A DNA stretch of 64,000 nucleotides, taken from positions 992,001 through 1,056,000 of the forward strand of contig CAVSIV010000006.1 in the NCBI GenBank assembly GCA_963728205.1. Direction: 5' to 3'. The translations under genes were made by a program, and so were the position numbers. This document shows, piece by piece, positions 18,712 through 29,138 of this stretch. Position 1 is the first letter of the stretch; every line of letters starts with the position of its first letter. The stretch is from an uncultured Chloroflexia bacterium (GTDB taxonomy: Bacteria; Chloroflexota; Dehalococcoidia; UBA2979). The notes under the pieces are model-generated. The model saw only the letters and a list, made by a program, of their open reading frames with translations, was not told where the DNA came from and did not search any database.

Positions 18712-19414
18712 GCGCGCGTCCCGCCCTCAGGTCCAGCTCGTCGTATCGCAGATCGAAGCGTGGCGGCCCCGCGAGGTCGAGCCCCAGCCGCCGGTACACG
18801 AGTTCCTCGACGGCATGGGTCGCGGCATCAATCGTGTCCTCGAGCCGCGCGTCCGGCGTCACGTCGAGCCGGGCGCTCACCCATACACCGCGACGATGCC
18901 GGTTCTCGACCTCCACGCTCGCCGCGACCAGGTCGGGCCGCTCAAGCAGCATCGCCTGCAAGCAGTCCTCGACCTCGCCAATCGCGATCCTGCCACGGCC
19001 GCCCGCCAGACGCACCGGTCGACGCGGCGCGGTCGCGCGCGCCCATGCCACGACGAACGCCAGCGCTGCACCGGCCGCCAGCACCACCGTGAGCGCCGCG
19101 CGCCCCGACCCGTCATCGCGGCTGCGCAGCCACGCGACCGCCGACGCCGCGGCGGCGAGCGCCGGCACGGACGCCGCCCACGTCACCGCCAGCGCGGCGG
19201 CGACCAACGCCGTCACGAGGAGCGGCCCGCGGAGCGCACCGGGCAGGGCTCGACGCCGGGCGGCCCCACGCGCGGCCGGCCGCGACGACAGGTCGCGCGG
19301 CCACGCCGGGACGGCCGCAAGCTCCGAGGCGTCGAACGCGGACGGCGAGAGCGCCGAGAGAGGCGCGTCGGCGGGTGCGGACGCGCGACGGTGGAAGACC
19401 GACGGTGTGGTCAT
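18644..19414 (-). CDS. Membrane protein, possibly AmaP/Asp23-like
   Basis: Two or three TM segments followed by an alpha/beta domain ending EELVYRRLGL; start uncertain. Confidence 0.5.
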   Translation of the reverse strand: MTTPSVFHRRASAPADAPLSALSPSAFDASELAAVPAWPRDLSSRPAARGAARRRALPGALRGPLLVTALVAAALAVTWAASVPALAAAASAVAWLRSRDDGSGRAALTVVLAAGAALAFVVAWARATAPRRPVRLAGGRGRIAIGEVEDCLQAMLLERPDLVAASVEVENRHRRGVWVSARLDVTPDARLEDTIDAATHAVEELVYRRLGLDLAGPPRFDLRYDELDLRAGRAHDFGAPRGRPDDGGRRHRDIAG

Positions 19415-19563
19415 GCGCGGCTCCAGGGCCCAGCACGATGGCTCGCGGCCACCTCGCCACCCCGCCCTGGCGCGGTCGCGCGCTCGCGCGCGCGACGACC
19501 GTACGATGCCGCGCGACGGCCGCGTTGTCCAGCGTCGGCGGCCGAGCGGCGGCAGGAGGGAGC

Positions 19564-20124
19564 ATGCGGCTGTTCATCGCCCTCGACGTGCCGACGGCGT
19601 GGCGGAGCGCCGCGGCCGACGCGACGGCTGCGCTCGCGCGCTCGGCGCCGGACGTGCTGCGTGCCGTGGACCCGCACCTGATGCACCTCACGCTGCGATT
19701 CCTCGGCGAGGTCGATCCCGACGCCGTGCAGGCGCTCGGCGCGGCGCTCGACGCGCGCGTCCCTCCGGTCGACGTCACCCTGCGCCTGGGCGCCGCCGGG
19801 ACGTTCGGTCCGCCGGCTCGCGCCTCCGTCGCGTGGCTCGGCATCGGCGGCGACCGCGACGGGCTGGCGGCGCTGGCAAGGCGCGTCGAGGAGGCGGTCG
19901 TCGCCGCCGGCCTGCCCGCGGACGACCGGCCGTATCGACCCCACCTCACGCTCGCGCGCGTCGACCGGCGCGCCGTGGCGGCCGACCGGCGTGCCGTCGC
20001 CGCGGCGGCGGCCGCGCTGTCCGCGCCGGATGTCGAGCCGTTCCGGGCGCGCGAGGTCGTGCTGGTGCACTCGCGCCCGGGCGGGCCGCGGCCGCGCTAC
20101 ACGACGCTCTCGCGGCACGGCTGA
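19564..20124 (+). CDS. thpR: RNA 2',3'-cyclic phosphodiesterase (2H family)
   Basis: MRLFIALD, two HLTL motifs (HLTLRFLGE, YRPHLTLAR); GGAGG upstream. Confidence 0.93.
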   Translation: MRLFIALDVPTAWRSAAADATAALARSAPDVLRAVDPHLMHLTLRFLGEVDPDAVQALGAALDARVPPVDVTLRLGAAGTFGPPARASVAWLGIGGDRDGLAALARRVEEAVVAAGLPADDRPYRPHLTLARVDRRAVAADRRAVAAAAAALSAPDVEPFRAREVVLVHSRPGGPRPRYTTLSRHG

Positions 20125-20166
20125 GCAGACGCGAATCGCACCCTGTGCGCTCGGCGATTTCGGCGA

Positions 20167-20195
20167 TTGACGCGCTCGTTCGGCAGGTCTACCGT
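20167..20195 (+). promoter_or_regulatory. Putative sigma70 promoter
   Basis: TTGACG-17 bp-TACCGT. Confidence 0.5.
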
Positions 20196-20216
20196 CGAGC
20201 GCAGAGGAGCTCCGCC

Positions 20217-20246
20217 ATGGACCACCTCAGCCCGGATACGCATTGA
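20217..20246 (+). other. Candidate 9-aa leader/micro-peptide MDHLSPDTH
   Basis: GAGGAG RBS 7 nt upstream; stop codon overlaps a 12-bp hairpin at 20246..20273. Confidence 0.45.
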
Positions 20247-20335
20247 AGACGCCGCGGACGACCGCGGCGTCTTGCGTTGTGCCCGAGTTGCGACCTGTGG
20301 AATTCCCGGGGGCGGGGCAGGGGAGAGAGGGCTGA

Positions 20336-20608
20336 ATGCACTCAGGGATGATCGGAAAGATCGAGAAGGCGCACCGCTACGCAGAGGAGCGCGAGCGTTT
20401 CCACATCCAGGATCTCTCGGTCACCGTTCATGGCAACAATGACGATCACGCCGTAACCCTGCATGACGGCCGCTGGCGCTGCGCCTGTGACTTCTTCGTA
20501 CACAACGGCGCGTGCGCCCACACGATGGCGCTCGAAGAGGTCCTCGACGGCATGCTGCCGGCGTCGGCCCGCGAGCTGCCCGAACCGCGGCTCGTCGAAG
20601 CGTCGTAA
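20336..20608 (+). CDS. Small SWIM-type zinc finger protein
   Basis: WRCACDFF..ACAHTMALE (CxC..CxH); MIGKIEKAHRYAEE N-terminus. Confidence 0.8.
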   Translation: MHSGMIGKIEKAHRYAEERERFHIQDLSVTVHGNNDDHAVTLHDGRWRCACDFFVHNGACAHTMALEEVLDGMLPASARELPEPRLVEAS

Positions 20609-20713
20609 CCGCCCCGACGCGCGGCCATGACTGCAACGCCCGGCCGGGTGCGCGGCACCTGCGCCGGGCGTTCGCGCCAGCGCCCGCCGGGCGGCGCGCC
20701 GGGCTCCAGCCGG

Positions 20714-21973
20714 CTAGCCCTCGAAGCGGCGGAAGATGAGCACGGCGTTCTGCCCGCCGAATCCGAACGAGTTCTTCATCACGGTGCGGACGTCCGCCTG
20801 CCGCGAGACGTTCGGCACGTAGTCGAGGTCGCACTCGGGGCCGGGCTCGTCGAGGTTCCGCGTCGGTGCGATCTGCCCCGTGAGGATCGTCTGCGCCGCC
20901 GCTACGGCCTCGACGCCGCCGGAGCCGCCGAGCAGGTGTCCGACCTGCGACTTCAACGCGGAGACCGGCACGTCGTACGCGCGCTCGCCGAGCACGCTCT
21001 TCAGCGCGCGCGTCTCGGCGATGTCGCCGACCTCAGTGGCCGTCGCGTGCGCGGAGACGTAGTCGATCTCGTCGGGCGCGACGCCGGCGCTGTCGAGGGC
21101 GGCGCGCATCGCGCGGGCGGCGCCCTCGCCCGCGTCGGACGGCGCGACGAGGTACGAGGCGTCGGCGCTCACGCCGTAGCCGAGCACCTCGACGAGCGGC
21201 GTCGCGCCGCGCCCGCGGGCGTGCTCGAGCGACTCGAGCAGCAGCACGCCGGCACCCTCCGCCGGCGCGAAGCCGTCGCGCCGCGCATCGAACGGCCGCG
21301 ACGCGTGCTCGGGATCGTCGTTCCAGCCGGTGGTGAGCGCCCGCATGCTCGAGAAGCCGGCGAGGCCGAGCTCGCAGATGCCGGCCTCCGTGCCGCCCGC
21401 GAGCATGACGTCGGCCGCGCCGCGGCGGATCACCTCAACGGCGTCGCCGATCGCCTGCGTGCCGGCGGCGCACGCCGTGGTGACGGTGTTCGTGTAGCCG
21501 AGCAGGCCGAGCTGGATCGTGGTGTTCGCGGCCGCCATGTTCGGCAGCATCTTCGCGATGTAGAGCGGGTCGACCTTCATCCCGCCCCGGGCGATCAGCG
21601 TGCGCATCGCCTCGTCGGTATTGGGGAAGCCGCCGCCGCCGTTGCCCAGGATCACGCCGATGCGGGTGCGGTCGATCCCGCCGAGGTCGGCGAGGCCGCC
21701 CTGCTGGAGCGCCTGCTTCGAGGCCCCCACCGCGAACTGCGAGAACCGCGCCATGCGCCGCGCGTCCTTGCGGTCGAGGTACAGCGTCGGATCCCAGTCG
21801 CGGACCTCGCCGCCGACCTGGCAGGGGTACGGCTCGGGGTCGACGAGCGTGAGCCGCGCGAGGCCGGAGCGCCCGGCGACGGCGGCCTCCCAGAAGTCGC
21901 GCACGCAGTTGCCGAGGGGCGTGATCGCGCCCATCCCGGTCACCACGACGCGTCGTCGAGCCTCCGCCGCCAT
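20714..21973 (-). CDS. fabF: Beta-ketoacyl-ACP synthase II
   Basis: RVVVTGMG, TTACAAG, AHATAT, KSQVGHLLG, NSFGFGGQN. Confidence 0.95.
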   Translation of the reverse strand: MAAEARRRVVVTGMGAITPLGNCVRDFWEAAVAGRSGLARLTLVDPEPYPCQVGGEVRDWDPTLYLDRKDARRMARFSQFAVGASKQALQQGGLADLGGIDRTRIGVILGNGGGGFPNTDEAMRTLIARGGMKVDPLYIAKMLPNMAAANTTIQLGLLGYTNTVTTACAAGTQAIGDAVEVIRRGAADVMLAGGTEAGICELGLAGFSSMRALTTGWNDDPEHASRPFDARRDGFAPAEGAGVLLLESLEHARGRGATPLVEVLGYGVSADASYLVAPSDAGEGAARAMRAALDSAGVAPDEIDYVSAHATATEVGDIAETRALKSVLGERAYDVPVSALKSQVGHLLGGSGGVEAVAAAQTILTGQIAPTRNLDEPGPECDLDYVPNVSRQADVRTVMKNSFGFGGQNAVLIFRRFEG

Positions 21974-22092
21974 CGCTGCTCTCGCTCCACCGGTGCGCGG
22001 CATGCGCCGATGCCGCTCGGCGTGACCTGGCCGCTCTCGTGTCGGGGTTCGCCGTCGCCGCGCGCCAGGAGGCGGCCCGCGGTCGCACCATC

Positions 22093-23451
22093 CTACCGTA
22101 GGCCGAACGCGCGGTCGCCGGTGATGCCGAGCAGCGCCTCGCGCGCCTCGGCGACGGTGTAGAGGGAGCCGGCCACGACGATCGCGCTACGGTCGCCGGC
22201 CAGCGCCGCCGCGCGCTCGAGCGCGGCCGGCACGTCGGGCGCGCGCTGCACGATCGCGCCGGTCTGCTGCACGGCGCGCGCGAGCACGGCGACGTCGGCC
22301 GCGCGCTCGGACTGCGGCGCCGTCACGATCACCTCGTCCTCGTCGCCGATCAGCGCGGAGACCGTGGCGTCGACCTCCTTGCCGGAGAGCATGCCGAGCA
22401 CGACGACGCGCCGCCGCGGGACGCCCGCGGCATCGAGCGCCTCGCGCAGGCGGCGCGCGGAGAGCGGCGTGTGCGCGCCGTCGAGGATCGTGAGCGGCCG
22501 CTGGCGCACGACCTCGAAGCGCCCGGGGCAGCGCACGCCGGCGAGGCCCTCGTGCACCGCGGCCTCCGGCAGCTCGTCGCCCTGCGCGGCCAGCGCAAGC
22601 TCCGCGGCGCGCACGGCCGTGGCGGCGTTCTCGGACTGGTGCGCGCCGACGACCGGCAGCTTCAGCTTGCGATACGTGCGCAGCGGCGTGCGGAGCGTGA
22701 GCTCCTGGCCGTCGAGCCGCATCGACTCGCGCCGCATCGCACACTCCTCGGCGACGACGTGCACGCGCGCGCCCATCTCCGCCGCGCGGCTCCGCACGAC
22801 GTCGAGCGCCGACGCGCGCAGCGGCGACACGACGACGTCGCACGGGCCGGTGATGATGCCGGCCTTCTCGGCGGCGATCTTCGGGATCGTGTCGCCGAGG
22901 ATCGCCGTGTGCTCGAAGTCGATCGGTGTGATCGCGGCGACGACCTTCTCGCGCACCGCGTTCGTCGTGTCGAGCCGCCCGCCGAGACCGACCTCGAGCA
23001 CCTGCCAGTCGCACGCGGCGTCGGCGCCGGCGAGCCAGCCCATCACGGTCACGACCTCGAAGAGCGACCAGCCGTCGGTCGCGGGGTCGTCCATCACGCG
23101 CGCGGCGAGCGCGGCGAAGTCCGCGTAGCCGACGGACGCGCCGTCGACCGCGATCCGCTCCCGCTTCTGGTGGAGATCGGGCGAGGTGAGCAGCAGGGTG
23201 TGCGCGCCGTGAGCGCGCAGGATCGCCTCGGTCATCGCCGCGACGGAGAACTTGCCCTTCGAGCCGGCGACGTGGACCGTCGGCCGTTCGTCCGGGCGGT
23301 CGTGCGCGTCGAGCCACGTGCGCACGTGATCGACGCCCCAGCGCTGCGCCTGCGCGGGCACGCCCGTGCGCTCGTAGCCGCCGTGCGCCATCAGGCGGCG
23401 CGCGGCCGCGACATACGCGGCGAGGTCGGCGTCGGACGGCGCGACGGTCAC
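22093..23451 (-). CDS. folC: Folylpolyglutamate/dihydrofolate synthase
   Basis: HVAGSKGK, EVGLGGRLDTTN, IAAEKAGII, PGRFE, LDGAH, GSLY. Confidence 0.92.
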   Translation of the reverse strand: MTVAPSDADLAAYVAAARRLMAHGGYERTGVPAQAQRWGVDHVRTWLDAHDRPDERPTVHVAGSKGKFSVAAMTEAILRAHGAHTLLLTSPDLHQKRERIAVDGASVGYADFAALAARVMDDPATDGWSLFEVVTVMGWLAGADAACDWQVLEVGLGGRLDTTNAVREKVVAAITPIDFEHTAILGDTIPKIAAEKAGIITGPCDVVVSPLRASALDVVRSRAAEMGARVHVVAEECAMRRESMRLDGQELTLRTPLRTYRKLKLPVVGAHQSENAATAVRAAELALAAQGDELPEAAVHEGLAGVRCPGRFEVVRQRPLTILDGAHTPLSARRLREALDAAGVPRRRVVVLGMLSGKEVDATVSALIGDEDEVIVTAPQSERAADVAVLARAVQQTGAIVQRAPDVPAALERAAALAGDRSAIVVAGSLYTVAEAREALLGITGDRAFGLR

Positions 23452-23513
23452 GCGCGGGAGTGTACGGCCGCCGCCCGCTGGAGGGCGTTCCGCGCATCCC
23501 GTAGCCTCTTGGC

Positions 23514-24303
23514 ATGTCCGACGCGTCCGCGCACGCCGCCCCCCGCTGGTCCCGCGCCGGCGACGATCCCGCGTCGCCAATCGCGCCGCTCGACGGCGCC
23601 GTGATCGGCCGCGACATCCGGCTCGTCGTGGAGCAAGGGCCGCGCAACGGCGTCGGCGCGCGCTACTTCCGCGCGTTCCTCGAGGCCGACACGCTGGGCC
23701 GCACGGCGGCTCCCATCCTGCAGGGGCTCGCCAACCGCGGCGCGCAGCCGGGGTTCAACTGGGTCGAGGTCACGTCATATGACGGCGCGCCGGTGCTGGA
23801 GGACGGACGCGAGATCGACGATCCCCGAAGCCGTGGACGTGCAGATCGTGCGCGCGGTGGCGGCGCTCGTGCCGCCGGGCGGGCACCTCATGATCGAGTA
23901 CGACTCGCCGGCCCGCCGCCACACCGCGCAGGCACTCGCCGCGCGCGTGCCACCGGTCGCGACGCCGCTCGGCGCGAAGATGTTCGCCGCCGGGTGCGGC
24001 GTCGCCTTCCGGGACTGGTACATCCCCGAGGGTGGCCGCGAGGGCCCGCGCAAGCTGCAGGGGTTCCGCGCACTCGACGCGGAGCACGAGCGCCGGCGCG
24101 GCGAGGAGATGCTCCGCGAACTCGACGCGTTCATGCCGCGTTCGAAGGACCTCGACTGGCACCTCCAGGGCACGGTGCGCGAGCTCGCGCAGGCGGCGAT
24201 CGCCGCGCTGCACCATCGGCTGGGGCTACCCGAGGGTCCGCTCGCGCCGCCGGGCGCGTCGGACGAGCGGGACGCGCGCAACGGGACCCCGCCGATGTCG
24301 TGA
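23514..24303 (+). CDS. DUF1122-like protein; apparent +1 frameshift near 23820
   Basis: C-terminal GGHLMIEY..T..L...VPPVATPLG..FRDWYIPEGGREGPRKLQG; N-terminal FNWVEV lies in the adjacent frame. Confidence 0.72.
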
Positions 24304-24540
24304 GCGCGGCAGCGGGGCCCCGCCGCGCCGGGTTTGACCCGTCTTGAAGCGCGCGAATAGCATGCACGCGGGCTGACGCGCGTCACCGCAGCTTCCAGAC
24401 GCCACGTGTCGATGTTCGCCGCGTGACGCCGCAGACGCGCGACCACCGCCCCTGCCCGGGACTGATCACCTTGCGCCTGAGCGACGCGACGAGCGGCAAC
24501 GTGCCGCCGTGCTCGCGGGCGAAGAGATGGAGAGATAGCG

Positions 24541-25635
24541 ATGCCGCGAACGTTGAGCGTGATCAAGGCGGACATCGGTGGCTTCGTCGGCCACTCCGCG
24601 ATGCATCCCGACATCCTGGAGCACGGCCGCACCGAACTCGCGAAGGCCGTCGGGAGCGGGCTCCTGATCGACGCGCAGGCGCACTACTGCGGCGACGACC
24701 TCTTCCTGATCATGTCGCACGACCATGGTCAGGACAATGAGCGGGTGCACCACCTGGCGTGGGACATCTTCACCTCCGGCACCGACATCGCGAAGAAGCT
24801 GCACCTCTACGGCGCGGGGCAGGACCTGCTCGTCGACGCCTTCTCGGGCAACATCAAGGGCGCGGGGCCGGGCTCCGCGGAGCTCGAGTACGAGGAGCGC
24901 CCCTCCGAGCCGATCATCGTCTTCATGGCCGACAAGACGTCGGCCGGCGCGTTCAACCTGCCCTTCTACAAGATGTTCGCCGACCCCTTCAACACGGCGG
25001 GCCTGGTGATCGCCGAGCCGCTGCACAGCGGGTTCTCGTTCGAGGTCCACGACGTGAAGGAGCACAAGAAGATCGTGCTCAACACGCCGGAGGAGATGTA
25101 CGACCTGCTCGTCTTCATCGGCTCGCCGGCACGCTACGCGATCAAGCGCGTGATGAACCGCCAGACCGGCGAGGTCGCCGGCGTGTCCTCCACCGACAAG
25201 CTCTCTCTGATCGCGGGGCGCTACGTCGGCAAGGACGACCCGGCGGCGATCGTGCGCTGCCAGGGCGGCTTCCCGGCCGTCGGCGAGGTGCTCGAGCCGT
25301 TCACGCACGCGTGGATCGTCGAGGGCTTCATGCGCGGGTCGCACTACGGCCCGCTGATGCCGGTGGCGCAGGGCGACGCGCACCCCGCGCGCTTCGACGG
25401 CCCGCCGCGCATCGTCGCGCTCGGCTTCCAGTTGGCCGAGGGCAAGCTCGTCGGCCCGCGCGACCTCTTCGACGACCCGTCGTTCGACAACGTGCGCGCG
25501 GAGGCCAACCAGGTCGCGGATCACCTGCGCAAGCACGGCCCGTTCGAGCCGCACCGCCTGCCGCTCGACGAGATGGAGTACACGACGATGCCGGCCGTGG
25601 CCTCCAAGCTCAGCAGCCGCTGGGCGGAGCTCTAG
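24541..25635 (+). CDS. fbp: Bifunctional fructose-1,6-bisphosphate aldolase/phosphatase (class V FBPase)
   Basis: SVIKADIGGFVGH, LYGAGQDLL, FSGNIKG, ADKT, YVGKDDP, RFDGPPR, GPFEPHRL, MEYTT. Confidence 0.96.
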   Translation: MPRTLSVIKADIGGFVGHSAMHPDILEHGRTELAKAVGSGLLIDAQAHYCGDDLFLIMSHDHGQDNERVHHLAWDIFTSGTDIAKKLHLYGAGQDLLVDAFSGNIKGAGPGSAELEYEERPSEPIIVFMADKTSAGAFNLPFYKMFADPFNTAGLVIAEPLHSGFSFEVHDVKEHKKIVLNTPEEMYDLLVFIGSPARYAIKRVMNRQTGEVAGVSSTDKLSLIAGRYVGKDDPAAIVRCQGGFPAVGEVLEPFTHAWIVEGFMRGSHYGPLMPVAQGDAHPARFDGPPRIVALGFQLAEGKLVGPRDLFDDPSFDNVRAEANQVADHLRKHGPFEPHRLPLDEMEYTTMPAVASKLSSRWAEL

Positions 25636-25672
25636 TCCGCCCCGCGGGGGCGCGATCGACGGCACGGGCGAC

Positions 25673-26467
25673 ATGCCGGCGACGCCGCGGCGGCCACCGC
25701 GCAAGCGCGTCGGCGTGGCGGCGAGCGCCTCGCCGACGGACGGCGATGGACGCCCCGACGTCGCGCTGATCGCCGACCTGCGAGCACGCCTCGCCGCCGG
25801 CGCGGACCCGACACGCGCGCCTGCGATGCAGGCATACATGAAGTCCACGATGCCGTACTGGGGCGTCCCCGCTCCGGAGCAGCGCCGCATCTTTCGGGCG
25901 GTGTTCGCGGCGCACCCGCTCCCGAACGCGGCCGCATGGCGCGCGACGCTGCGCACGCTGTGGCGCGACGCGGCGAAACGCGAGGAGCGCTACGCGGCGA
26001 TCGAGCTCGCGGGCCTGCGCCGCTACCGCGACTTCGAGGATCTCGAGACGCTGCCGCTCTACGAGGAGTGGATCGTGACGGGCGCGTGGTGGGACTACGT
26101 CGACGCCATCGCGTCCCACCGCCTCGGCGTGCTGCTCCGCCGGGAACCCGCGACGATGGGGCGCACGATGCGCGAGTGGGCGCGCGACCCGCACCTCTGG
26201 AAGCGTCGCGCCGCGATCCTGTGCCAGCTCGGCTTTCGCGGCGACACCGACCTTGCCTTGCTCGACGACTGCATCGAGCCGAACCTCGCCGATCGCGAGT
26301 TCTTCATGCGCAAGGCCATAGGATGGGCGCTGCGGGCCTACGCGTGGGCCGACCCGGACGCCGTCGTCCGCTACGTGACGGAGCGGCGTGACCGGCTGAG
26401 CCCGCTGAGCAAGCGCGAGGCCCTGAAGCACATCCTCAAGTCGGGCCGGATCACGGCCATCCCGTGA
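25673..26467 (+). CDS. DNA alkylation repair protein (AlkD-like)
   Basis: MQAYMKS, REERYAA, GAWWDYVD, EFFMRKAIGWALR, LSKREALK. Confidence 0.9.
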   Translation: MPATPRRPPRKRVGVAASASPTDGDGRPDVALIADLRARLAAGADPTRAPAMQAYMKSTMPYWGVPAPEQRRIFRAVFAAHPLPNAAAWRATLRTLWRDAAKREERYAAIELAGLRRYRDFEDLETLPLYEEWIVTGAWWDYVDAIASHRLGVLLRREPATMGRTMREWARDPHLWKRRAAILCQLGFRGDTDLALLDDCIEPNLADREFFMRKAIGWALRAYAWADPDAVVRYVTERRDRLSPLSKREALKHILKSGRITAIP

Positions 26468-26503
26468 CGCGCCGCACCCGACGATACGAAAGCGAGTCCC
26501 ACG

Positions 26504-27104
26504 ATGAGCCGCCCCCGCCTGGTCCTTGCGACGAGCAACGCCGGCAAGGTCCGCGAGATGCGCCGAGCTGCTCGCCGACAGCGGGTGGGACGCCGTGACC
26601 ATCGCCGAGCTCGGCATCCCCGCGCCGACCGTGGTGGAGACCGCGCGCTCGTACGTCGAGAACGCCGTGGCGAAGGCGGTGGCGTACTGCGAGGCGACGG
26701 CGCTGCCGGCGCTCGCCGACGACTCCGGCATCGAGGTGGACGCGCTCGACGGCCGCCCGGGGCCGCTGTCGGCGCGCTACGGAGGCCCGCGCGCCGACGA
26801 CGCCGCGCGCTGGCAGCACCTGCTCGCGGAGCTCGACGGCGTCCCTCCCGGCCGCCGCGGCGCACGCTTCCGCTGCGTCGTCGCGCTGGCGCTGCCGGGC
26901 AACGCGCCAATCGTGCGCGAGGGCACGCTCGAGGGGCGTATCGCGCCGGCCGCGCGCGGCGAGGGCGGCTTCGGCTACGACCCGGTCTTCGCGCTGCCGG
27001 ACGGCCGCACGCTCGCCGAGATCGGCGCCGAGAAGCAGTCGCTCAGCCACCGCGCGCGCGCCGTGAGCGCCATCGCGGACGTCCTGCGACGCCGCGCGCA
27101 CTGA
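26504..27104 (+). CDS. rdgB: Non-canonical purine NTP pyrophosphatase RdgB; apparent +1 frameshift near 26561
   Basis: [13 protein letters not shown] in one frame; [30 protein letters not shown] in the next. Confidence 0.9.
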
Positions 27105-27171
27105 CGCACGTCCTGCAGCCGATGCGCCCGCGCGTGCAACACGGGCGGCGAATCCGCGTACACTGTCGGGC

Positions 27172-28203
27172 ATGCCACACCCGGACTTCGACGACGACGC
27201 GCCGCCGCGCGACCGGCTCGGCCGGCCGATGCAGGACCTGCGCATCTCGGTTACGGACCGCTGCAACTTCCGCTGCCAGTACTGCATGCCGCGCGAGGTC
27301 TTCGGCCCCGACTTCGCGTTCCTCCCGCGCTCCGAGATCCTCACCTTCGAGGAGATCACGCGCCTCGCCGCGATCTTCCGCGACCTCGGCGTGCGCAAGG
27401 TCCGCCTCACCGGCGGTGAGCCGACGCTGCGCGCGCAGCTCCCGACGCTCGTGCGCATGCTCAAGGACCTCGGCGGGCTCGAGGTCACGCTGACGACGAA
27501 CGGCACGATGCTGCGGACGCTCGCCGCGCCGCTCGCCGAGGCCGGTCTCGACCGCGTGACCGTGTCGCTCGACTCGCTCGACGACGCGACGTTCCGTCGC
27601 ATGAACGACATGGACTTCCCGGTCGCGCTCGTGCTCGAGGGCATCGACGCGGCATCCGCCGCCGGGCTCGCGCCGCTGAAGGTGAACGCCGTCGTGCGGC
27701 GCGGCGTCAACGACGACACGCTGCTCGACCTCGCGCGCCACTTCCGCGGCACCGGCCACATCCTGCGCTTCATCGAGTTCATGGACGTCGGCACCACGAA
27801 CGGCTGGCGCCTCGACGAGGTCGTGCCCGCGGCCGAGCTCGCCGCGCGGATCGATTCCGCGTTTCCGCTCGAGCCCCTCGACCCGAACTACGCGGGCGAG
27901 GTCGCGCAGCGTTACCGCTACCGCGACGGCGCCGGCGAGATCGGCTTCATCACGTCGGTGACGCAGCCGTTCTGCGCGACGTGCACGCGCGCCCGGCTCT
28001 CCGCCGACGGCCGCCTCTACACCTGCCTCTTCGCCGCCGGCGGCACCGACCTGCGCGACACGATGCGCGCCGGAGCCGACGACGCGGCCCTGCGCGCGCG
28101 CATCGCCGGCGTCTGGGAGCGGCGCACGGACCGCTACTCCGAGCTGCGCTCGGACGCCACCATCGACCTGCCGCGTGTCGAGATGTCGTACATCGGTGGC
28201 TAG
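27172..28203 (+). CDS. moaA: GTP 3',8-cyclase MoaA
   Basis: [35 protein letters not shown]-terminal MSYIGG. Confidence 0.97.
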   Translation: MPHPDFDDDAPPRDRLGRPMQDLRISVTDRCNFRCQYCMPREVFGPDFAFLPRSEILTFEEITRLAAIFRDLGVRKVRLTGGEPTLRAQLPTLVRMLKDLGGLEVTLTTNGTMLRTLAAPLAEAGLDRVTVSLDSLDDATFRRMNDMDFPVALVLEGIDAASAAGLAPLKVNAVVRRGVNDDTLLDLARHFRGTGHILRFIEFMDVGTTNGWRLDEVVPAAELAARIDSAFPLEPLDPNYAGEVAQRYRYRDGAGEIGFITSVTQPFCATCTRARLSADGRLYTCLFAAGGTDLRDTMRAGADDAALRARIAGVWERRTDRYSELRSDATIDLPRVEMSYIGG

Positions 28204-28705
28204 CGGCGACGCGCTCCGCGGCGGCCTCTCGCACCTCGACGCCGAGGGGCGTGCGCACATGGTGGACGTCTCCGCGAAGGACGTGACGGCGCGCGAGGCG
28301 ACGGCGCGCGGCCGCGTCACGATGCGCGCCGAGACGCTCGCGTTGATCGTCGATGGCCGCATCCCGAAGGGCGACGTCTTCGCCACGGCGCGGATCGCCG
28401 GGATCATGGCGGCGAAGCGCACGCACGAGCTCATCCCGCTGTGCCACCCGCTGCCGCTGAGCGGCATCCGCGTCGAACTCGCACCCTCCCCCGACGCGGA
28501 CGGCGGACCGGCGGCCGTCGCCATCGAGGCGACGGTACGCACGACGGCGCAGACCGGCGTCGAGATGGAGGCGCTGACCGCGGTCTCGGTCGCGGCCCTG
28601 ACGATCTACGACATGTGCAAGGCCGTCGAGCGGACCATGCGCATCGGCGAGATCCGCCTCGTCGCGAAGTCGGGCGGGAAGTCCGGCGAGTTCCGCGGCG
28701 AGTAG
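28196..28705 (+). CDS. moaC: Cyclic pyranopterin monophosphate synthase MoaC
   Basis: [36 protein letters not shown]. Confidence 0.96.
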   Translation: MASGDALRGGLSHLDAEGRAHMVDVSAKDVTAREATARGRVTMRAETLALIVDGRIPKGDVFATARIAGIMAAKRTHELIPLCHPLPLSGIRVELAPSPDADGGPAAVAIEATVRTTAQTGVEMEALTAVSVAALTIYDMCKAVERTMRIGEIRLVAKSGGKSGEFRGE

Positions 28706-28757
28706 CGAGCGCGCGCCGGCCGCCGTCGTCAGGCGGGCGCGCCGGGCGCGCGCGAGC

Positions 28758-29138
28758 TCACGACGTCGCCGCCTCGAGGTGCGCCACGAGCGCGCGCACC
28801 GCGCGCCAGGCGTATGGCACGTAGTCGGCCGGCGGCAGGTCGAGCGCGACGGCCGTTTCGTTGCGCGACGCGACGTGATCGCCCCCGCGCGCCAGCTCGT
28901 CCTCGTCGAGCCCGATTTGCAGTTCGTGGAGCCTGCCGTCATCCATCACGATCACGCAGCCGTAGGGGCTGCCCTCGGGCGGGTCGACCTCGATCCCGTA
29001 CGTGAACATCGACCCCGGAAAGACCGGAAACGGGTCGATCTGCTTCGCGAGGCGCTCGATCAGCTCGCGCAGCTGCGTGGCCGCGCGCTCCACGACGGCG
29101 TCCGCGAACGCGCGGTGCTGGAGCGGGTCGTCCGCCAT
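28758..29138 (-). CDS. Hypothetical protein
   Basis: AAGGA RBS, coherent globular composition, GC3 bias. Confidence 0.7.
   Translation of the reverse strand: MADDPLQHRAFADAVVERAATQLRELIERLAKQIDPFPVFPGSMFTYGIEVDPPEGSPYGCVIVMDDGRLHELQIGLDEDELARGGDHVASRNETAVALDLPPADYVPYAWRAVRALVAHLEAATS

Noticed and set aside
23240-23270. FolC P-loop variant GSKGKFS
   Set aside because: A single substitution with all other motifs intact; not enough to claim altered function.
8985-26565. Programmed ribosomal frameshifting as the cause of the broken genes
   Set aside because: No shared slippery sequence or stimulator; assembly error is simpler.
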